Assembly (NCBI GenBank): GCA_000934665.2
Contig: JYFJ02003924.1
Coordinates: 1-36,332, forward strand
Origin: Catajapyx aquilonaris
Taxonomy: Eukaryota
Length of the DNA: 36,332 nt
Reading direction: 5' to 3'
Position 1 is the first letter of the stretch, and every line of letters begins with the position of its first letter. This document shows positions 24,501-33,500 of this stretch, in pieces. Both the position numbers and the translations under genes were made by a program. The notes below the pieces were generated by a model that worked only from the letters and a program-made list of their open reading frames with translations, had not been told where the DNA came from and did no database searches.

Positions 24501-27500
24501 AAATGAAAAGGCAATATTATACATCCGTTTCAAACCCTCCTTTATTGTTCAGTAAAGAAATATCACATTCATTTTCATGTTTTTATTCAGTTGGGTTGTA
24601 CACAATCGCGTGAAATGTCCAGTTTACGTAACACCTAACATCCTATAGAATTGGGAATCACCTGCCTTTATACAGTACGTACTGTACGTTATTGCGATTA
24701 TTTTCATAAGTCATGTGGGTGCTGCTATGTACGTATATATTGATTATCTGCAACGACAGATAAGTCACAAGGGGCAAATATTTAACTGGCAGAATCCATT
24801 GTAACCATCTCTATTTTACAATGTAGTCTACTGCTGGTATCGCATATACTTCCAGCGTTCCTGTGAGGGTGTGGTTTATTAAGCGCAATTTTCATCGGAA
24901 AAGCATGTTTTTCCTGCCATTATTGGCATATCGATTCATTTAGGACACAAAGAAGTTTCTACTGGTAGAAGAACTGTTTCGATCCTTCTATATATGTAGA
25001 GTGTTTCTTTTTTTATTCTAGGTCGTGTCACAAGTCATTTACCGTTCGGTGACCTTCCTGCCAGGATTTCGAATAGGAACCGGGGAATTGGAATCTAACT
25101 TGAGTAGTACTTGGGAGCCGAAAGAAGTCTAGTGCATCACGGTTGTCTGTAGCCTCCAGCTCGGATAAATGCGGCATCGATTGTGAATCCTTTGGGATTT
25201 CTTTTCCCATCTCCTTTGAAAAGCCAAGCCGTGACCTCTAGAATTTCTGTTCTTGGGATGTGCACAAAAAAAATCCCCAAAAATTATCGATTTACCACCA
25301 TCCACATATAGGCTAATCATCCCATTTGTGAAGATCTGTAAGCGAATGCTTTTGCCTAATTGCACGGCTCGAATCCAAGGAAATCTTGTCTCCTAGAAGA
25401 TCTTAACGAGCGTGACAACGATGGCAATCAGGATAAATGACCACGCCTGAGCGCCAATTATCCTTCTCTAGTTGCTTGTGTAACTCTTCTGAATTTCTGC
25501 TTTTTTTGCATCACGTTTGCATTTCTGTCTGGGATTTGGTAATCAGGTCGGAAATTGGCCTGCCAAATAGCATCTGCATTCTGTAATTTGAGAAGAGACA
25601 CTTGAGAGCCTCCATTGGCACGGATTTGAAAGAACTGTCTGAAAAAAGAGTGACATCGAATTACAATGTTTTGTCGTTTCCTGAGAGCAGTGGGAGGAAA
25701 TTTTTGTGGTTCGAGGTCACCTGAAGTTTTGTACTGCTGTATACGTATAGGGTACCATTCCAATATTGATATGTAACCCGATATCGGAGGGCTTTATATA
25801 CCCGGGACAGTGCTGCAGTCCGTTTGTTATCTGCATCGCGTTTGCATCCATGTCGAAGCGGCTGGCGTCTCCTTTTTCGTTTATCAGTTTAACAGTGTTC
25901 GTACATTCCATGAATTGGGTGAGAAGGCGGCAGAGGGAAGAGTAAATGTAATTTCCGAACAGCTACATCCAGAACTTGCCAAGTAGAATATTCATTACTG
26001 TCCTTTGCAATATTTTATGGGTATAGTATGACAGCGTTCTATGATTGAAGTTCTTCTTTCTGAGTTATCAACCCAAGAATCAAGATGTTATCACTTTCAC
26101 GTCGCTATTTGGTTACACTGGACATAATAACATCTTCACACATTGAATGACGTTATTCGATGAGTTACCAACTGATGCCGTCCTTAAGTAAAAGTGCCCT
26201 AACATGATTATGTGAGCAAATCTATATTAACCTATAAACTAAAGTATTATCTACGTACTGTACGTTTATTTTATTTTATCGACATCCATCTCAAAAAGCT
26301 AAGGTGACCACTAGCAGCTTGCTGGTGTCCCTTTTCACCAAAATGTTTTACGAAAAGAAGTTTATAACCCAGCGGAACTGTCAAGCTTCGAGTGTTACGA
26401 GCAGTAAATCCTCACTATACACTTTGGTATCTCCTCGCTACACTCTTTCAGGAGTTCGCAATATTCTTTCGCAATTTACTGGGCATTTTACTGTCTTTTG
26501 ATTCATCGAACCGAAGATATCTTATCATATGGCGGCTGAAAAGCAATACGATAGTTTAAATGCATACAGTATGCTTCATTTTATTAGCCTTTCATTCAGT
26601 AGGCTATGTTATTGGTGTAGAAAATATTTAAAGGGTTTCGTTCAATTTTTGTGTGTGTTAATTAAAGCTATAAATCATATTTTGAAGCTTATTTCTAGTA
26701 CAGCTGCAGTTTAGTGGAAAATAGGATGACTCGTGCTATTGGCATTTCTTTAACTGTTTTCAAATATCTGACTTGTTTCTACGTGATGTATGTCACTGCC
26801 ATGTGTCCCTGATTCCGTACAGTTTATGTAATTCTGTCATACTGCTAGCGACATTTACCGATGCGGTAGCCCTGCAAATCGAAGTGATAGAGTGCGAGCC
26901 GTGCTAGTAAGAAATGGTAGCACTTGGGTCACCCAAGTTGGGTGACGTCAGCGTCACTGGCTGTGGACAAGCCTTTTATCCATTGCCCCCCAGCCTGTGA
27001 CGTCACTCAAGGTATACCTCTTCTTACTCGCACGGCTCACACTCTTATCACTTCGATTTGCACTTCTGCCGCAATGTCGCAAGCAGTATGACGCAATTAA
27101 TGTCCAACATTGTACCAACTGAGAGAAATGCACAAAATTCCCCCCACCATGAACAGATAGAGACAGAAAAAGAACTGGTCCAATGAAAATTCATACTTCT
27201 TTGCAGATACGCGCTGAAGCAGCCTATTTATACGACGCAGTCCACCTCTACGCCAGGGCACTAAATTCGGTACTTTCCGAAGGAGGTGAACCGCACAATG
27301 GAACGGCCATTATCGAAGTCATCAAAGGGAAGAGCTACCGAAGTGCAATGGGGTAAGTGTACAACACTTGCTCATTAGTGGTTGATTAGTACCAAATCCG
27401 TATAACGTTATGCCAGAATTTGACACCAGTTTGTTAAAATGCGGAATGACTAATTGAGAGAGACAGATAAGTGATATACTTTTAATATATAGCCTACTGT

Positions 27501-30500
27501 ATGCTATAGAGTAGGCTATAGACTATAGAGGGAGAATTATTGTTGCAAATCACTAGGCAAGTGTGATGTTCATAATTAAAATTTATGGAGTGTAAGCGTG
27601 TTGCAAGAGAGTATTGATATTAATAGAGAAAAAAATCTTTTCCATCCTGCTGTATGCGGATGTCAGTTTGGGCTTATGGAAACGTGTCCGGAGAGGATGT
27701 TCCTGCTTTAAATCCGATTAAAGCCTTTGCTAAATTAATAACATCCAGCTTGTGCCCTCTTTTTCTGGCATAGAAAATCATCAGGTTTCACTGAACAAAA
27801 CAATGGGCAGAGGGAATGTTGGGTGTCACAAAGAATTATTCCCAGCATCATATTTGACATTTTCACTCAGCCACATGTTACGCCAGTTCATCAATGTAAA
27901 CATTAACTATAAAATATGAAATCATGTAATATGAGTTGGAAATGATTCTACTGAAACATACCGTAATTGAGATGTCGTACTGTACATGCAGCCGAAATAA
28001 TTTGACAGATATAAATGAAACCCCAAAGGGAATGCTCATTAGTCCCATGAGTAGTAAACAAGGTTCGCAAATTGACACTGTTGTGGAATTACTAAATTAA
28101 AGCATCAAACAATATTTCTAACAATCCAGTAACTTTGAACATTTTCAGCAGGGGTGTTGGTCAAATATACCATCGACACAAACTCAAAAGCTCAATTATA
28201 CCAGAGCAAAATATCGGTTGCGACAAGTCAATTGATGCCCCCGTTTTTAATATCCGAATGTCAGTTCGTGCTAGTTTCACGAGGGGAAAACGGTACTATG
28301 CTACACCACTCCCTATAAAGTCCCAGGGTATATTGATTCACCTGGGGACCGCTCGCTCAGAGTGATAATTCCATTTGTCTCTTCCTCTTCCCACAGGTTG
28401 TTTTAAAAACCGTGAATCATCGCTGACAGTGTCGTAACAGTATAAAACACACACATGTATTCCTAGGTTAAGTGATTTCATTATTATGCATGCGGTTTAA
28501 GCAACCTGGGCGTGGATAAAAACGTGTGCAACTTTGACATTTTGATTACAGTTGGACGATTGTGTCAACTGAGGAGAAAATTGCCCCTATCCGTTTGGTC
28601 CACATCCATTACGCTCAATACCAGACAGTTTATTACGATCGGTGACGAGTCATACTGTTGGAGGATGGCAGTCCAAAATCCAATAAAAGGTGTCATGCTA
28701 TATTCATCAGGCCGTACTTAATAGCTACTGCCAATCAGTCGCATTACACACGTAACGATTACACGATTTTTAGGCAATTAAAAGTCAAGGTTCAAAGCTA
28801 TACACTTATACTGTAATGAAGAGAGAATTCTGTTAATGAGGAAATTTCCCCACTGGCTTCACCTGGATTGTCCTCTTCAAAGATACAGAAAAGCTGGCAA
28901 GAGCAATATTCCGAACTTTAACATGTAATTACGACGGGAACTTTTCTCTAGGGTTCCACGAGTCTGGTAAACCTGTAGCCATCAGCTGCTAAATTAGGTG
29001 CCCGAGTTTCATTTCCTGACGTTATTAAGTTCCTCACTGGCTTAAGCAGTGGTGCTCCAGAATGTAAGATATATACACACTGTACTTTATACGCATGGCT
29101 GCTGCAACCTGATTTGACTTTAACGATTTTTCTACCTCGCAGATGTTGCGAAGGAAGCAGTGTCAGCCGTAATGTTTCCATCATAAATTGGGACTGTATA
29201 TTCGAAATTCGCGCAAACGACCCTCCAGGCGCTACTACTGCAGCGCATTAAATATTTTCTTAACAGCAGGAAAGGACATGGCCAAGTCTTTCCGACCTTC
29301 TGGGATGAATCGACTGACTTGTGCTACCCAACAATAAGAAAATTGCATCTTCTGTCTCATTTTCTTTCGCCGCGTTGAAAAGGTCACGAGGATTCTCTGT
29401 ATATAAAAGGCGATCGAAGTGCATTGCACCGCTCGAGTCAACTATCTTGGTCAAGAGCCATCTTATCCCAGAAATAGATGTCCTTTTCTCGCGATTTCTC
29501 GTGGGAATTGGCATCACGCCGCTGCGATAAATCACTCTACTGTAAACTGATTTATTTAACTGAAAGCTTCATGTTTTATTCCCCCTCTTTAAGATATATG
29601 GTGACTGTGGATTCTAATGGCGACGCCGAGGGAAACTACACCTTGATTGCTCTGCAACAACGCGGAACAATGCACGATACGTATGGGCTTTATCCTGTTG
29701 GCGTCTTTCATCATGCCAATAACCCTCAAGGCATTCCAGTAAGTTGGACGTTTGATCCTTTATTGCTTTCCTTTTAGGACACGGAGATGGCGAATTTGGG
29801 ACTCGGGGTGTCGGATATGTTGAGAGATTTATTGCTTTGCCGTTGCGTGGCAGTGCGTAGCTTCCGGCCATTTTGGTGACAGAGCCACGACGGAAAGAAA
29901 GAGAATTATGCCCACCAGGATTGACAGGATTCTGCCCCTGAGGGATGAGAAAACAATGGTGTTTAATTTGTTGAGGACTATAATTTAATGAGTTAAATCG
30001 GAATTGAATGGGATTAATGAAGTTGAAGTATGTGGTGCATTTTTGAACCAGATGCTTACCCAGGAGGTTATTATACGTAAAAAAAAAAGTGAAGCTTATC
30101 TTAAGCGTAGCAGTTTCACATGACAATTCCATGCAAATGAAACGATGTGTAGGCCTACCTAACCAACTTTATGCGCCAGTTACCTTACACTCTTAAAAAA
30201 CCCTGCACGCGATGAAGGGGGGAAAGCCCGGGCTTGGGATCGAATCTGGGACCCTTACATCCGTGGGCGCATACGTTCCCGCAGCATCACTCCGCCTCCC
30301 TTGCAGCCATCATATAGCCTACGACCATAGATGAGCATGATCAGCTTTTTGGTGGAAGGAATCATCCTGACATTGCCCAACCGGATATGGATGGAGCTAA
30401 ACTGCACTCACTGTACAGTAGACATGAAGATGCGTGAAAGCTGCTCTAGAGCTCATCGGCATATTTGTTGACATTTCAACAAAAATTGTTACTATTTATC

Positions 30501-33500
30501 TCGTGCAAAAAGGTAGGCCTATGTGTAATTTTCAGATCATTTGTTTCATCCTAACACTAAAATAAAATTCACCCGATCACATTATCAAATCACACTGTTT
30601 GTAACAAATTTCACATCGTGAGCCCTGCTGTAGCCCATTCACACCACCATGAAACAAGCCTAAAATAATCTACACATCATATTTATTTAGTATTATACGT
30701 GCGGTATATAAGTGATTTGTGGAATTACGGTGTTATTTTGACATATATAGGCCTACCGGTAATATGTTTAAACCGAAATGGTCGGGTGATCCGTGATTTA
30801 TCCAGTGACGTCATCAGCCAAAATTCAACCAAAATTTCTAAAATCAATCCAACCGTTTTAAGAGTGTAATTCAACATGGTAGCCGAACCCAAACGCGATA
30901 ACATATGGCTACAATACCCTCGGAAAATTGCGAAGTTGTCATTCTTGCGCCTGATAATTCTTCGAAACACCTTGTATGATATGTACTGTATATGAGAACT
31001 TCCCGTTTGTTGTAGACTTGCATAAGTGCCCAAAAAATATGCAATATTAGCCTGAATGTCATTGCTCTTTATTCTTTAATTTTTAAGTGATTTCCACTTT
31101 ATAATAGAGCACGCGACACTTCTTGATATCTATGTTTCTGTCTCATTTGGAATCAAAAAAATCGGGACTTCTTTTATTCTCACGACCGTAGATTACTTAG
31201 CGAACTTCAGGTCCCGTAATTGATTATGCCTCGGGGTATTGCACTTACCACGAAGGTTAGAAACTTGACAAAAGTTGTCATGGAAACTCTCCAACTTCAG
31301 CTCAACTTAATCAAAGCAGTAAGCATATTGCGTGAATCTTACGCCATCTTACCTGATGTTGTGCCCTAAAAATGGAACATGGAACTCTACCCGCATTGAT
31401 CACATTTTCTTCTGTAATTACACTGTATACAGGCATGAGCCTGCTAATTTGCGGTAATTGCTGGCTCTGTAATTACTTGAAGGAACTCTTCTTTTTTGTT
31501 TCCTTTCCCATCCAGGAGCTTCATTTCCTCTCTCACATTCATTGGATAAATGGAAAGATGCCGGTGGCAGAACCTTCCTGCGGTTTCAGCGGAGAAAAGT
31601 GCATTTGTGAGTAGGAAGCGGCACCCTTTAACATTACTTTATATTCAAGGATATATTCCTTTAAGGAGGGGGGGTTATGTTTTTCGGTGGCATTGTAAAT
31701 TAACAACTATATTACAAGTGAGGCTACGGCTTGATACATACTCATTTTATGCTATGGTGTAGGATTGTATCTGACCGACACATTTGTGTATCAACAGGAC
31801 TGGACCGTAGGCTATAAGGAAAGTAAGTTAATTTGTGAAGTGCAAGGAGTAGAACAATGGAAGGTGTCACATGTAGTTCTTGTGTTTTTGCACTCACCGT
31901 AATAGAATTTTGTGTAGTTGTGAGTGGACTTAGGGATTAGGAGACGTTCCCACAATAGCTGCTATACTAGACTGATGAGTTGCAAGTAGTGAAGGACAGC
32001 ATTAGGTTTTTCCAAATATTTCATCAACGAAGCTCTAGGCAATTCTTTCTATACTTAACGAGCAGTAAATAAACGTTTAAGGCGCAGCTTGGGAATACGT
32101 CATTAAAAACATCAATATTAGTCCTTAAACAGGCAGCGTGATTTGAGCTCGAGCGACGCCAAAATGCTGGAGGCTTGCCATATACATACAGCTCTTACAC
32201 AAAAGGGCACGTGGAGGTCCGCATTACCGGGGAAAATATCAACCTGGTTTGACTTGTTGCAAAACGTTGAACCCTTTCAAAAATGACGCTATACTTTTGC
32301 AGATTTTTTCCGTTTGTTTTCCGGCAGAATTTGAAATGTGCCTGTGTATGAGAACTGGTGTTTAATGAAAATGAGAGTTGCAATGATATTCCAAATGGTA
32401 TAGATGCCTTCGTTCTGTTGATTGAAAAACTGTCGCTTATTCTTGCTGCGAACACCCATAGGGCGCATGCTGTACAGCTACAAAAACAAAGTGACCTACT
32501 TCATCTTTAGATATTCCGAAGTGAAATACTGTAGTAGGTCTGCGTATACTGTATATGTGACAATCTTTTTCTGGCATCTAGTCTGAAAGAGATTTCACCT
32601 GTTCTTTCATAAAAAATGTTGTTACTATAAGGCGGATGTAACTAATAACACGTTTTGCGTCAATTTTACAACAAGCTATAATATACAAGCTAATATACAA
32701 CAAGCTATAATATTATATTTTAAAATGTAACAAAGTATTTCGTATTCAACTTTGGTATCTTTCCATTCTCACACATTCACGTATAACGCTAGTGATATAA
32801 GAGAAACTAAAACGGTACCTAGTGGGCTAACCCGTGTTGTTGAGTGGGAAGGTGCTATACAATTTCAAAGGACGTGGGAGAGCGATCGAACAAGCGGGAC
32901 GAAACAAAACCTACACTCACCTTGGATTGAACGCAAAGTAAAAAATAGTACAAGTTTTTTTCGCGTGACTATAATTAGAAAGTCATGTATACCCCTTTGT
33001 AGTATACTGTTCCACCCTCTAAATCTAACTCCATGTCTCAAACTATTATTGACATTTTAGTTAATAAACTGTTCCTGAAATTTGGACTCATGACAGTGGT
33101 ATATATCCGGCATACTATGCAATGTATCAAACTGAAGCCTCCTTTTTTTTAAATCAATTTGGATTGGTTCTTTCGTGCTCCATACAGTATATCAAGCAGC
33201 AGGATTGTTAACTTTTCCATTATACTTCTAATCGTTTCTGTAAACACCTCCTTATATGGATATCGATGCTTTACCCCAGGCGAGTTTCTTGTAGCTAATA
33301 TTTATTTTGCCACCACACTGTTCTTTACGTACCGTACCGGTAAATTTCAAAAACAGGGCGACACGGTGGCGGAGTGGTTAGCGCCGCAGCCTTCCACCTC
33401 TAAGGTCCGGAGTTCGATCCCCGGGTCGGACGGAGGATACTTATGTGGCTAGAGTTTCGATGGGTTCTCTCCGTGTTCGCGTGGGTTTTCTCGGGGTTCT

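Noticed and set aside
29614..30132. 172-aa minus-strand ORF
   Set aside because: Antisense to exon 6 and AT-rich intron; no recognisable motif or splice support.
32668..32713. Short direct repeats (caagctataatat; also 7442-7461 and 21071-21114) as a CRISPR-like array
   Set aside because: Only 2-3 short units without regular unique spacers; these are ordinary slippage duplications in eukaryotic DNA.
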